32,000 nt of DNA from Mesoplasma florum L1 (GCF_000008305.1 NC_006055.1:600001-632000), one strand, 5' to 3'. Shown: positions 1 to 11,096, numbered from the stretch's first letter. Notes: generated by a model not told the origin, from the sequence alone. Numbers and translations are program-made.

Positions 1-2203
1 CTAATTGAGTTTCTTCATACTCTTCTGACTCTGAATAATTAACTTTAGATTTATACATAATATCTAAAAGCTCATCACTTATTTGTAATGTTTCAGCTTC
101 TTCTTCTGATTGAGTTTTTGCTATAAATTCTTCTGAAGGTTTTTTATCTGGATTAATTCCTTTTTCTAAACCATCAAATCCTTCTGATCATGCATTAATT
201 CTTGAATAATCTAATGGTTCTAACTTACCTTCTTCAGCTAATTTTTGTACCATGTAATCACTAGGTACCATTAAGTCATAGTTGAATGTGTAAAGTTTAT
301 TATAAAGTGTTTCATTTGAATCATATTCTTGATAGTTAACTTTAACATTGTATTCTTTTTCAAATTCTTTAATTAAAGATGGATCAATATATTCTCCCCA
401 GTTACCAATAACTAAATCATAAATATTATTCATAACAAATGCCACAGTTAATCCTGTAAATGATACTAAGAATAAAAGTGACACTAAAAGTACTTTTCAA
501 CTTCTAGCAAAGAAACCTTTTGTAAAGTTTGCTTCATCAATATTTGTTGGGAAATATTTTTCTTTTTGTTTTGCTATAGCTAACTTAATATGTGTTACTT
601 TTTCATCTTTTGCTTTTATTAAATTATTTTGTTTTGTTTCAAATTTTACAAAAGCTTCATTTTTTAAATTAATTAATTCTTTATCATTTGGATTTTTTGA
701 AATTTTGTTATTTATTTTGCTTGTTACACTTATTTTTCTAAAAGCTTGTGTTGCAACTAAATCTAATCTACTTGCTAAATCATTAATTTTGTTTTCGTTA
801 ATTTGTTTAATGTCTTTCAATTTTTCAACAATCATTCTAAGTTTAAAGTTATTTTTTCCTTCTTCAACTTCAATTTTTCATTCTTCATAGTATTTAATTT
901 TTTTGTTATATCAATTAATAGTACTTTTTGAAGGATCAATTTCTGCTTTAAATTCTTTTTTAAGTTGTTTAATTTTTTTGTTAATTGAAGCGGCTTTTTC
1001 TTTAGCTTCTTTTTCTTTTTCATTTAATCATGCAACTTCTTCAGAAAGGAATGTTACTTTTTCTTCTATTTTTTCTAACTGAATAGAAATCTTAGCTGCT
1101 TTCTTAATATCTGTTGTTTTAGATAATTGTTTTTCAAGTTGTTTTTGTTTTGCAATTGCTTTTTTCAATCTAGCACCATATCTTTTTTCACGGTTAATTG
1201 TATTTTGCAATTTATATCTTTTTCATTCTAATTTTGCTATTTTTTTATCATAGTTTTTTGAATTAGCAATTTTAAGTTTAAATTTCAATACGTAAAACTT
1301 AAATCATATTGATAAGTTGAAAGAAATCTTTCTTTTTGTACCAGTATTCAATGAATCTGTTAACATTTGAATTTCTTTTTCTAATTTATATATTTCTTTA
1401 GTTTTATATGTACCATTTTTAATTTGTAATTTTGTTGTTTCTTTTTTATCTTGAGCAAATAAGAAAGCGTTTCAAATAATTACACCTGCTGCAATGATTC
1501 CTACCATCATTGTTCCAAATGCAAAAATATAAGGTTTAATTCTTTTTGCTGAATAAATAAATGACGCAACGTTTGTTTGAGCTCCACCTGTAAAGTATGA
1601 AATGATGAAGTCATCAAAACTCATTGCAAATGCTATGATAGTTGCAATAATAATTGCTGGTTTTAAAATAGGTAAAATAATTTTAAATATAACAGTACTT
1701 GTTTTAGCACCTAAATCATAACTAGCTTCAACTATTGATTTATCTACTTTTCTAAGTCTTGGCATAACTGTAATTAAAACATACGGAACGTTGAATGAAA
1801 CGTGGGCCATAATTAAAGTTAAAATACCAAATTTTAATCCACATATCAAAAATACTACCATTAAAGCAACAGCTGTAATAATATCAGCATTAATTAATGG
1901 AATGTTTGCAATTGACATTCATTTGCTTTGTTTTCTTTTTGTTAATCTGCTAAGTCCAATAGCAGCCATAACTCCGATTACAACACTAATCATTGTTGAA
2001 ACTACAGCAACAAAAAGTGAAGTAATAATTGATTTAATAAAAGGTGAGTTTTTAAAAAACTCTTCGTATCATCTTGTACTAAAACCCATTCAGTTTGAAA
2101 CTGATGAACCACTATTGAAAGAAAATAATACCATGATTCCAATAGGGACATATATTACTAAAAGGATTAAAGCAAAGTAAGTTGATCTGACGAATCTTTT
2201 CAT
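1..2203 (-). CDS. potCD: Spermidine/putrescine ABC transporter, fused permease + substrate-binding protein (PotC - long linker - PotD). The 3' end runs off the window.
   Basis: Track fragments 1472..1918, 1028..1210, 497..835 and 188..484 share one frame. I walked that frame through the gaps between track fragments from 1471 down to 1 and found only TGA, no TAA/TAG; the 1919..2203 stretch was translated less formally. Start is ATG at 2203..2201. The N-terminal part is a PotC-type permease (SFNVPYVLITVMPRLRKVDKSIVEASYDLGA). Next comes ~320 aa of Lys/Glu-rich linker, then the hydrophobic anchor KVLLVSLLFLVSFTGLTVAFVM (ca 495..430). The last part is a PotD-like binding domain (IGNWGEYIDPSLIKEFEKEYNVKVNYQEYDSNE...YDLMVPSDYMV) that continues past position 1. 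Confidence 0.85.
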
Positions 2204-3162
2204 GCTTTTGCTCCTTTCTTCTCAAATTTATTTGTAAAGAATTTAGAGACCATCATTAATAAGAATACCATTGCTGCCAATACTACACTTATCGCAGCTC
2301 CAAATCCAAAGTCACTTCCTTTAAAGAAATATGACTCAATAATTGATGTAATTAAATTGATTTTTCCATTACCCATGTATTGCACAACAATAAGTGATGT
2401 TGCAGCTTGTAATAATACTAAAGTAATAGCTGTAATAACTCCAGGCATTGATGATCTTAAAGTAACACCTCAAAATGTTTTATATTTTGAACACCCTAAG
2501 TCCATAGCTGCTTCTTCAATATCTCTTCTTCTTGAATCTAAAGAATCATAAATTGGAGTTATTGCAAAAGGAATAAACATATATGTCATCCCAATAATAA
2601 TTGCTATTTGTGTTCCTAAAGCACTTGGTGCCATGATTAAAAATAAACTTCTTAACCCTAGAACTTTTAATAACATTGAAATTCACATTGGCATTGTAAC
2701 TAATAATCACATATTTTTAGCCAATATTTTTGATTTCATTTCAGACATAATTAATGCAATAGGGTATCCTAAAAGAATACACATAACTGAAGCAATAAAT
2801 GCATAAGCGATTGTTAATCCCATTGACATCATAATATTTCCATTTTTAAATAATCTGATAAATTTTTCTAAACTTATCTCAAACATTTTTAAGTCACCAC
2901 TTGGTTGAACTATAGAATACACAACAATTGAAATGATAGGAATAATAACCAATAGAGTCATTACTATAAAAAATGGTAATAATATTGGTCAAACCTTACC
3001 TTTGGTAAAGTTAAATAATTTAGTTTTACCTAAAACTTTATTAATTTCTTTAATCTTTTGACGAACTTTTACTTTATTTTCACGAGCAATTTGATTATCA
3101 ATTGCTGTGTCTAATTGTTCTTGATCAAAAGTATTTGAAATTTGTTTTTCTTTTTTACTCAT
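2155..3162 (-). CDS. potB: Spermidine/putrescine ABC transporter permease PotB (335 aa)
   Basis: Fragments 2707..2961, 2470..2676 and 2200..2448 are in one frame and joined by TGA. Start is ATG at 3162..3160. The true stop is TAA at 2157..2155, overlapping the potCD start by 49 nt. Multi-TM permease with the EAA-type loop DSRRRDIEEAAMDLGCS. Confidence 0.9.
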
Positions 3163-3166
3163 TAAA

Positions 3167-4219
3167 CTATTCTACTTCTTTTCACATTACATGAATAGCT
3201 TCATCATTTCATTTAATAGATACTTTGTCATCTACTTTAAATGCTTGAGTTGTGTGTATTTTTCAAATTCTTTTTTTAGTTGTTTCAACCAATAATTCTC
3301 AGTGCACTCCTTTAAAAGTTGTGTGCATAACTGTTCCATTAAAAAAACCTGCATTTGTTTTTTTAATTTCAATATCTTCTGGTCTAATTACTATGTCAAT
3401 TGACTTTTCATTTTCACCAAAGTTAGTATCATCACAAACAAATGTTTTTCCATCTATTTGAACTTTATTATCTTCAATAAAGATTCCATCTTCAATAATG
3501 TTTGATTGTCCGATGAATTTTGCTACTCATAGATTTTCTGGTTCATTATAAATGTCTTCAGGTGTACCAATCTGTTGTATTGAACCTTCGTTCATAACAA
3601 CAACACGATCACTAATGCTTAAAGCTTCTTCTTGATCATGAGATACCATTAAAAATGTAATACCTATTTCTCTTTGTAATCTTTTTAATTCTTCACGCAT
3701 ATGTTGTCTTAACTGAACATCAAGTGCTGCTAATGGTTCATCTAATAATAAAACTTTTGGTTTCATAACTAAAGCTCTTGCAATTGCTACACGTTGTTTT
3801 TGTCCACCAGAAAGATCATTGATATTTCTATCTTCAAAACCTTCTAATCCAACTTGTCTTATTTGTTTTAAAACTTCACGTTGTAAAATATCTTTTTTAG
3901 TTTTTTTAGTTCTCAAACCAAACGCAATGTTATCAAACACATTTAAATGTGGAAATAGTGCATAAGATTGAAAAATTGTATTAAATTGTCTTTTGTTAAT
4001 TGGAATTGGCAATAAGTCTTTGCCTTCAAACATAATTTGTCCACTATTTGGTTTTTCAAAACCAGCTACGATTCTTAAAGTTGTTGTTTTACCACAACCT
4101 GAAGGTCCTAAAAGAGTAATAAATTCTCCTTCTTTGATATTTAAATCTATACCTTTTAAAACAACTTTACCATCATAGTCTTTAGTCACATTACGTAACT
4201 CTAAGATGTTATTTTCCAT
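3167..4219 (-). CDS. potA: Spermidine/putrescine ABC transporter ATP-binding protein PotA (350 aa)
   Basis: Walker [10 protein letters not shown], signature LSGGQKQR, Walker [12 protein letters not shown]. The TGA at 3527 reads as Trp; the frame, walked codon by codon, runs to TAG at 3169..3167. I chose the ATG at 4219 (MENNILEL) because GAGGAG (4231..4226) lies 6 nt upstream. The longer ATG at 4243 has no Shine-Dalgarno (SD) motif. Confidence 0.9.
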
Positions 4220-4295
4220 TTTGGTCTCCTCTTTTTTCTTCATATATGATTGTTGAGTTTAAACTCAAAAAAACATGTCATTATATGACAAAATA

Positions 4296-4318
4296 GAAGT
4301 CGTTATTAATAAGACTTC
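4296..4318 (-). terminator. Weak hairpin (GAAGTC-11 nt loop-GACTTC) followed by TATTTTGTC, immediately after the 43-aa ORF stop. Possible partial terminator/attenuator 5' of potA.
   Basis: Inverted repeat read directly: a 6-bp stem, a large AT loop and a modest T tract. Confidence 0.3.
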
Positions 4319-4450
4319 CTACTTAAGGGAGAGACTTTCAGTTTCTAAAATAGTTTCAAAAATTTGGGTATGGCTAAATGCAACATCTAATCATTCAAGA
4401 ATTAGATATTGTTGTGAATTTGAAATTTCTCTAAATTGTAATAAATTCAT
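4319..4450 (-). CDS. Small hypothetical protein, 43 aa (MNLLQFREISNSQQYLILEWLDVAFSHTQIFETILETESLSLK)
   Basis: Strong SD (GGAGGT) 5 nt before the ATG at 4450..4448. One internal TGA (codon 20), stop TAG at 4321..4319. It has its own sigma70-like promoter upstream and a hairpin right after the stop. No homology recognised. Confidence 0.45.
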
Positions 4451-4482
4451 AGCTTACCTCCTTTTAAAACAACTAAATAAAT

Positions 4483-4511
4483 TTTATATTAATTATTTAA
4501 AAAATGGTAAA
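4483..4511 (-). promoter_or_regulatory. Putative promoter: -35 TTTACC (4511..4506), 17-nt spacer, -10 TATAAA (4488..4483)
   Basis: Hexamers and spacing read from the minus strand. It lies ~30 nt upstream of the 43-aa ORF start and downstream of the HAD gene terminator. Confidence 0.4.
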
Positions 4512-4531
4512 AATGTTTGGATTTAAAGTAT

Positions 4532-4559
4532 TAAAAAATGAAGCTAAAAAAGCTTCATT
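4532..4559 (-). terminator. Rho-independent terminator after the HAD phosphatase gene
   Basis: AATGAAGCT-loop-AGCTTCATT stem followed by TTTTTT on the minus strand, 13 nt after the TAA at 4572. Confidence 0.6.
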
Positions 4560-4571
4560 AAAAATAATAGA

Positions 4572-5411
4572 TTATTTAAAAATATTTTTAAATAAATAAT
4601 CTCCTACTCCACCTTCTCCGGCAGTTAAATCTGTAACATCATCAGCAGCTTCCTTAACGATATCTTTTGCATTTTTCATAGCAATCCCTTTACCTGCTCA
4701 TTTAATTGCTGCTATGTCATTCTCTCCGTCTCCAAAGTAAATAACATCTTTAGCATCGATGTTTAATTGCTCTGTAACATATTTTAAACCGTATGCTTTA
4801 TCAACTCCAATTGGATTTAATTCGATATTAGCATGTGCGTCTGAAACATAACTAAATGCAAAAATAGAAATATTATTCTTTTCAGCTAATTCTCTGAATT
4901 TATCCATATGTTTGGCTTTCCCAAAACATATAAATTTACTTACTTTCAATTTGCTAAAATCTGTTTTTTTATTATAACTAATTAATTTTTGTCTTTTTGT
5001 TTTAAACTTCATAAAAGTTCTAAATGCACTTATTTTTTTATTGCAGTAAGCATATTTTTCATTTTCAGAATATGCAAAAATTCTAATTTTATTTTCATTA
5101 GCACAATCAAATAATTCTTTTGTTAATTTTGTGTCAAAAGATACTGTGTAATAAATTTTTAATTCGCCTTTATTTTTATGATTAAAACTGAAAGATTGAC
5201 CACCGTTTTGTGAAACAAATGGGTATGAAGAATTTTCAATTTGTAATTCTTTTGCAATGTGATGTATTGTTGTTAAATTTCTACCTGTTGCTATTATTAC
5301 TGGTATGTTTAGTTCTTTTGCTTTTAAGATTGCATCTTTTGTTGTTTGGTGAATTCCAGTTTTATGATCTAAGACCGTTCCATCGATATCGATTGCTATC
5401 ATTTTTATCAT
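4572..5411 (-). CDS. Cof-type HAD-superfamily phosphatase (sugar-phosphate phosphatase-like), 279 aa
   Basis: Motif I IAIDIDGT, motif [14 protein letters not shown]. The TGA at 4698 reads as Trp and the ORF extends to TAA at 4574..4572. SD AGAGGT lies before the ATG at 5411. Confidence 0.85.
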
Positions 5412-5461
5412 TTAAGTTACCTCTTTGTATTTAAATAAATTATACTTTATGCAGCATTAAT

Positions 5462-5492
5462 AAAAAAGAAAACTAAGAATAAATCTTAGTTT
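5462..5492 (-). terminator. Rho-independent terminator closing the sucrose operon
   Basis: AAACTAAGA-ATAAA-TCTTAGTTT hairpin flanked by A/T runs on both sides (bidirectional shape). It starts right after the scrK stop (5497..5495). Confidence 0.6.
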
Positions 5493-5494
5493 TT

Positions 5495-6415
5495 TTAATT
5501 CAAATGTTCTAGGAAACTTAATGCTCCTAAATATTGAACAGTTTGGTTGGCAAACATATTTGATTTTTTAATAATTTTAGTTATTTCTTCTGTTGAAAAA
5601 TTTGCGTCAACATCGATAGAAACATATTCACTTATTAAATTTGAAATGAAAGCATCGCCAGCTCCAGTAGTATCAACTAAATGTTCAGCTAATATTGTTG
5701 GAACATAGTTTATTTGATTTTTTCATCCAAAAATAGTATCTTCACACCCACGTGTTATACAAACTAATGCATTTGGGTTTCTTTGCATTATTGTTCTAAC
5801 TGCTTCTTCTTGGTTTCCAATTTCTGTTAACAATAATAATTCATCTTCTGAAAATTTTATTAAACTTGCTTTATCCATAAATTTTTGGCAATGATTTTTA
5901 AAATTTTTAATTTCTTGATCCGTAACTCAAAGTTTATCTCTAAAGTTTGGGTCAAAAGAAAATTTTATATTATTTTTAATAGCGAATTCAAATAGCTCAT
6001 TGTATGATTCTTTTAAATTACCTTCTAAAAAACCTGTTGCACTTCCAAAATGTATAAAATCTATTTTTGAAAGTTTTTCATTTGATTCTTTTGAAAGACT
6101 ATACTCAGCATCACTATTTCTTATGAATTGAAAAAATCTTTCTTTATTTTCATCTAGTGTAACTTTAGCAATAGTTGTTGGCTTATCACTCTCTTGAATA
6201 AAATCTTCTTTAACATTAAATTTTTTAACGAAATCTTTTATTGGTGATACAAACTCATCATTACCAAGACTACCCATAAAATAACTGTTATTTTGTTTTA
6301 AAGCACCTATTGAACAAGCAACATTAAATGATGCTCCACCAACTTCACTTTTAATTGTGTTATTTTCTGAATAAACATCCATTAACACTTCTCCAATTGA
6401 AACTATATTTTTCAT
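5495..6415 (-). CDS. scrK: Fructokinase / PfkB-family sugar kinase (306 aa)
   Basis: Fragment 5927..6415 extends across a TGA to TAA at 5497..5495 (frame walked from 5495 up to ~5692). N-terminal GG motif (EVGGASFNVA) and C-terminal PfkB signature DTTGAGDAF. It is the last gene of the PTS/GH32 operon. Confidence 0.85.
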
Positions 6416-6416
6416 A

Positions 6417-7868
6417 TTATTGTCCTTTTATCTCATTCTTGAATATTATATTATTTCAATTATATGAATACCCTTTTAATTGATTAATTTTTACATTTTT
6501 TAAATTTGTTAGAATTTTGTTATGTTCATTTATATAGAATCTTACTGAAACAGCATGTTCACCTTCATTAATAAAGATTTCCATAACACTTCTATCTACT
6601 AAAATTCTGATACTTTGAACATTTAAATCATCTAAGTTAATTAAAGGAGGTAAATTTTCATCATCTTTGAAAGTTGTTTCAGATCTATCTATTATAAATT
6701 TATTGTTAATATTAGATATTTTTATATTTTCGTTTTTTTCATTTTTTATTAATATTTCAAATTCATTATTAATATCGGTTGCACTTATTTCAGTTAAACC
6801 ATTTTCATATGCATAAACATTTTCAAAACCTTTAATTTCATTTACTCTTAGTTCATCCAATTCTTTTATTGGTAGTTGATATAATTTATTATTTTTAACA
6901 AATAAATCTCTTGGAACTGTTAGTTGATTACTTCATGTTGTAAGCTCTGGTGGGAATGGATTGGATTTTGAGTTACCTAATCATCCTAACATAATTACTC
7001 TTTCTCCAGTATTACTAAATACTTGTGGGGCATAAAAGTCAAAACCTAAATCAATTTTTAATAAACTAGTTTTATAAGTGAAATTTATATCATTATCAAT
7101 TTCAACTTCTCTATATTTAACATAGTGACTTCCATCTTTTAATGGTGCATCTTGTTCTAAACATGCGAAAACATATTCTCTTCCATCCAATTTAAAATAA
7201 TTAGGACATTCTAGCATGTAAGCATTTTGTTCATCAGCTTCATCAAATTTAATATCTTTGAAATTTTCTCAATTTGATCCATTAAATCTATAAACATTTA
7301 GCATTGCTTTTAAATCTTTTGTTTGAGCTCCGTTAAGCATATACAATTGATTATTTTTTTCAAAAACAATTGGATCTCTATAGTGACCTGTATATTTAGT
7401 TAAATCTGCTTCAAAAAGTAATTCTTTTGTTACTAATTTTTCTTTTAAATCTATAAATGCTTTTAATGTATATGCTGTTCTATCAACATCATTAAACTTT
7501 ATATTACCTGTATAGTATATTTCAATTTCATCATTTTCATTTATTCTAGCGCTTCCTGAAAAAACTCCATTAATATCATATTTTGTTGAAGGTATTAAAG
7601 TTAAACCTTCATAGTTGTAATTAATAAAATCAGTTGTTGTATATAATGCTCATGATTTATTAAAATGTTGAATACTAAATGGGCAGCTTTGCATAAAGAT
7701 ATAATATTTTCCTTTATGGTATGTTAATCCATTAGGGTCATTAGTAGAACCTGAATATCCAGCTAAATGAAACTGATTATTGTATCAATCGCTTTGTTTT
7801 TTATCATGTCATTTTTGAATATCTTCAAGATCATTATTGCTTATTAAGCTATATTTTTCTTTTTGCAT
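6417..7868 (-). CDS. scrB: Sucrose-6-phosphate hydrolase, GH32 family (483 aa)
   Basis: Fragments 6981..7217 and 6456..6860 share a frame and are joined by TGA. Start is ATG at 7868 with GGAG 9 nt upstream. GH32 catalytic motifs are present: NDPNG (STNDPNGLTY), RDP (GHYRDPIVF) and EC (MLECPNYF). Stop is TAA at 6419..6417, 1 nt before the scrK ATG. Confidence 0.9.
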
Positions 7869-7872
7869 GTCA

Positions 7873-9591
7873 TTACTCCGCTTTGTTTTTTCTAAATTTG
7901 ATTTTGTCAAATTTTACTTTTGCTTTTAACTCATCAAATTTTAAACCTAATTTGGTTTTTTTAGCTTCTACTCCTTCTTTAAATAAGAAGAATGTTAATA
8001 AGAATGCTGAACTAAAGGCTATAATGTTAACACCTATAATTCCCAATAATTTAACTCAATCTCCTGTATAAAGTAATAATCCAGGTACTACAGTTACTCC
8101 CATTCCTGGACATGTAACATTCAATGCTCCTGCAAATAGACCACCAAAGAATGCACCAATAGATGCATATATAAATGGTTTTACTTTAGGCAAGTTTGTA
8201 CCAAATATAGCAGGTTCTGTAATTCCAAAGAATGTTGAAAGTGCTGCAGAAAAACCTAATTCTTTATCTGATTTGTCTTTAGCTTTTATAGCTATCGCCA
8301 TTGCAGCTCCACCCTGTGAAATAATTGATGCTGTTCATATTGCATTAAATATTGAACCCGCAGGGTCTGCCCCGTTAGCTCCTGGTAAACTTCCATCAAT
8401 AACAAGTTGCATTTCAAGTCCTTGTAATACTTGGTGACAACCAGTAATAACAATACCTTGTAAAAGACCTGCAATAATAGCTGTTCCAAATCCGTATTTA
8501 ATTCCTAATATTGCTTTTGTTGCAATTAATATTCCTTGTTCAACCATTAATAAAATTGGTCCAAAGAAAAATAACGCAATTAATAAAGCAAATGAAATGG
8601 TTAAGAATGGAGTAAAAATCATATTTACTGATTTAGGCATTCATGATTTAATTCATTTTTCTAAATATGCTACTACAATACCTATTATTAAAGCTGGTAA
8701 AACTGAACCTTGGTAACCTGTAATAGGTATTATTCAAAATTTTATAGCTGTTATTGGCGCACCCATTGTTGCATTAACTAAAATTTCTTTTGACTCATCA
8801 TCAATTATTGGAGCAGTTCCCATTCATTTTAAACCTGCATTATTTCAATAATCATATATTTGATTTATATTTAAACCTTTACTTGATTGATCATTAAAGA
8901 AATCTAATTGTGCATTGTATGCTGCAATTGATCCTTTGTTTGGCAATAACGGACTAACTAACATTAATCCAATAATAATACCTAATACAGGATTTCCACC
9001 AAATCTTTTAACAGTTGATCAACAAACTAAAACTGCTAATGAGTCAAATGCTGTTTTAGTAATAATATCAACAATAATTCATAATAATGAATTAAGTTCA
9101 GCTCCTGATGGGTTTAAAATTCTTTTTAATAATGCAGCCACACCCATTGCTAATCCAGCCGCTACAATAGCAGGAATGATAGGAACAAATATGTCTCCTA
9201 AAACTCTCATACCTTTTTGGATTTGTCCAAAAAATCCTGATTTATTTCTTAAAGCTTCTTTATTGGCTTTAGCTTGTAATTTAAAGTCTTCTAATTTATC
9301 ATTGCTCAATTTTTCATCTAGTGATAAATTACTTACTTCCATTTCTTTTTGAACTTCTTCATAAACAGCTTCAACAACACCACTACCTAAAATAATTTGT
9401 AGTTGATTTTGTGAATAGTTTATTCCTTTTGTTAATGGAGAGGCTTTTATTTCAGCTTCATTAACTTTTGTTTTATCAATAAGATTTAATCTTAATCTTG
9501 TAACACAGTGAAGGTAAGACTCAATGTTTGACTTACCTCCAACTGCTTTGATAAAACGCTTGGCTTCAAACGCATAATCTTTCTTTTTCAT
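7873..9591 (-). CDS. scrA: PTS sucrose-family EIIBC permease (572 aa), no EIIA domain
   Basis: Fragments 9079..9591, 8335..8640 and 8056..8301 share one frame; I checked the intervening codons at 8881..9078 and 8302..8334 and saw no TAA/TAG; 8641..8880 not walked. The N-terminal EIIB domain carries the phospho-Cys motif HCVTRLRL. It is followed by a multi-TM EIIC and a Lys-rich C-terminal tail. SD AGAGGA lies before the ATG at 9591; stop is TAA at 7875..7873. Confidence 0.9.
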
Positions 9592-9610
9592 TTTTTCCTC
9601 TTTTATATTT

Positions 9611-10309
9611 TTATTTTCTTCACTCTATAAAATCTCATTTGAAAAATTTAGGCTTATACCTACTTAATCTATATTCAAGTAGTTCTCCAAAAATTCCATA
9701 AACATTCCCCTCATCAACAATAAAACCATTCAAACTATCATCATTAAAAATGCGAAGTAGTTCGTTATCTCTTGTATCTTCAAAATATATTTTTTTTGAA
9801 GAGTGACTAACTTTAGAAGGTGTTTCAGACTCAACAAATTTCATTAAACCATTTTCATTTAAATAATTTAATGTCAAATTTTTATAAATTGATTTAGGTA
9901 CAAAACTCTCTTGATATAAAATAACCTCATTTGTATCTTTGTCTTTTCTTACACATTTAAAAAAGTAAACGTCAGTTCCTATATAAAAATTTGTTTTTTT
10001 TGATAGTGATTCATCTACTTTAATTTCTTTAAGTTCGTAATATTTATTTATTGAATTAGGGAATAATTCTCTAAAACTAAATAATAAGTTATTTTTTATT
10101 TTTTCTTGAACTACATATCCTTTACCATTAACTGGCTTAACAATTTGTAATTCTATTAGTTTATTGAATGCTATTCTTATTGGTTGTTCACTATACTTAA
10201 ATTTTGTTTTAAGCATATTTTGACTAGGTAATATTTCACCTGGCTGAACCTTATTCTCTCTAATTAGATGCATCAAATAATCAAATACTATCTCTCATTT
10301 TTTATTCAT
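9611..10309 (-). CDS. GntR-family (HutC/UTRA-type) transcriptional regulator, 232 aa
   Basis: Winged-helix region LPSQNMLKTKFKYSEQPIRIAFNKLIELQIVKPVNGKGYVV plus a C-terminal effector-domain-sized region. Start is ATG at 10309 (MNKKWEIVFDYLMHLIREN) with GAGGA upstream. The TGA codons at 10297 and 9635 read as Trp; stop is TAA at 9613..9611, 19 nt before scrA. Confidence 0.8.
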
Positions 10310-10335
10310 TTATTTTTCCTCATTTAATAAAATTA

Positions 10336-10358
10336 ATTATACTTTTTTTGAAAAAGTA
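10336..10358 (-). promoter_or_regulatory. Putative -10 box (TATAAT, 10341..10336) overlapped by the inverted repeat TACTTTTT-N3-AAAAAGTA (10340..10358). Candidate autoregulatory operator of the GntR-scr operon.
   Basis: An 8-bp perfect inverted repeat read directly. TATAAT lies ~27 nt upstream of the regulator ATG. Confidence 0.35.
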
Positions 10359-10522
10359 AATTCTATATTTTTAATCAAATATTCAAATAGAATAAAAATT
10401 GATTTAACTTAATATTTATTTTTCTCTTTTAATGCAAAATATTGTTTTAAACATTATTTTTGCTATTTTAATTTTATTAAATTAAATATTAATGAAAATA
10501 CCTATGATTATAACTTTTGATA

Positions 10523-10550
10523 TAAAAAAAAAGAAGCTCTTAAGCTTCTT
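10523..10550 (-). terminator. Rho-independent terminator after the small membrane protein gene
   Basis: AAGAAGCT-CTTA-AGCTTCTT hairpin followed by a T8 run on the minus strand. The hairpin contains the TAA stop (10542..10540). Confidence 0.65.
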
Positions 10551-11010
10551 CGATTAGATCATTTGATTTTTTAGTTTCATTTTTAAAGAATATTATTTTG
10601 ATTTGTGGCTGTATTGTAATGCTGTAACCAACAAGTAATAACAACATAACTCCAAACACTTTTCATGTATCAGAATCTTGATTGATAACAAAAGTAATAT
10701 CAGCAGCCATCATCATCGCTGTAGCAATTGTTAATACAATTAATGTTGTAATGCTAATAATCATTGTTTGAAATGGTTTTCTAAAAAATAATTTTAGAAT
10801 AGGTAATATCATTGATGCTCAAACCAAAATTATTCCAGTTAAAGCTAACGCAAAGTATTGTTTATTATTTTGTGTATATTCTGTAACACCTGATAAATTA
10901 ACACCGTCTCTAAAACCAATGCTATAAAAAGCTACTAAAGCTAATATACCAAAAATCATGACATTGATACATACAGCCATATTTAAAATAAGTTTTTTAA
11001 AATTTTTCAT
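10540..11010 (-). CDS. Hypothetical small integral membrane protein (156 aa, about 4 hydrophobic segments)
   Basis: Fragment 10819..11010 continues across the TGA at 10819; I walked the frame to TAA at 10542..10540. Hydrophobic stretches: AVCINVMIFGILALVAFY, FALALTGIILVWASMILPIL, MIISITTLIVLTIATAMMMA, VFGVMLLLLVGY. No family recognised. Confidence 0.6.
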
Positions 11011-11055
11011 ATTATCCTCTTTCTTTATTATATTATTATACTATTTATTTATTTT

Positions 11056-11088
11056 AAAAATAAAAATAACGATCTTAATCTCGTTATT
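11056..11088 (-). terminator. Rho-independent terminator after ptsI
   Basis: AATAACGA-8 nt-TCGTTATT hairpin followed by TTTTATTTTT on the minus strand, 9 nt after the TAA at 11097. Confidence 0.6.
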
Positions 11089-11096
11089 CTCAAATA

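Noticed and set aside
832-1023. The Lys-rich 63-aa ORF 832..1023 (-) as a separate small basic protein
   Set aside because: It is out of frame with, and fully contained in, the continuous potCD reading frame. It is the poly-A/T composition read in a shifted frame.
8292-8489. ORF 8292..8489 (-), and likewise 24371..24556 (-)
   Set aside because: They are shifted-frame ORFs nested inside scrA and inside the nrdF/nrdI junction, respectively. They have no SD and no motifs.
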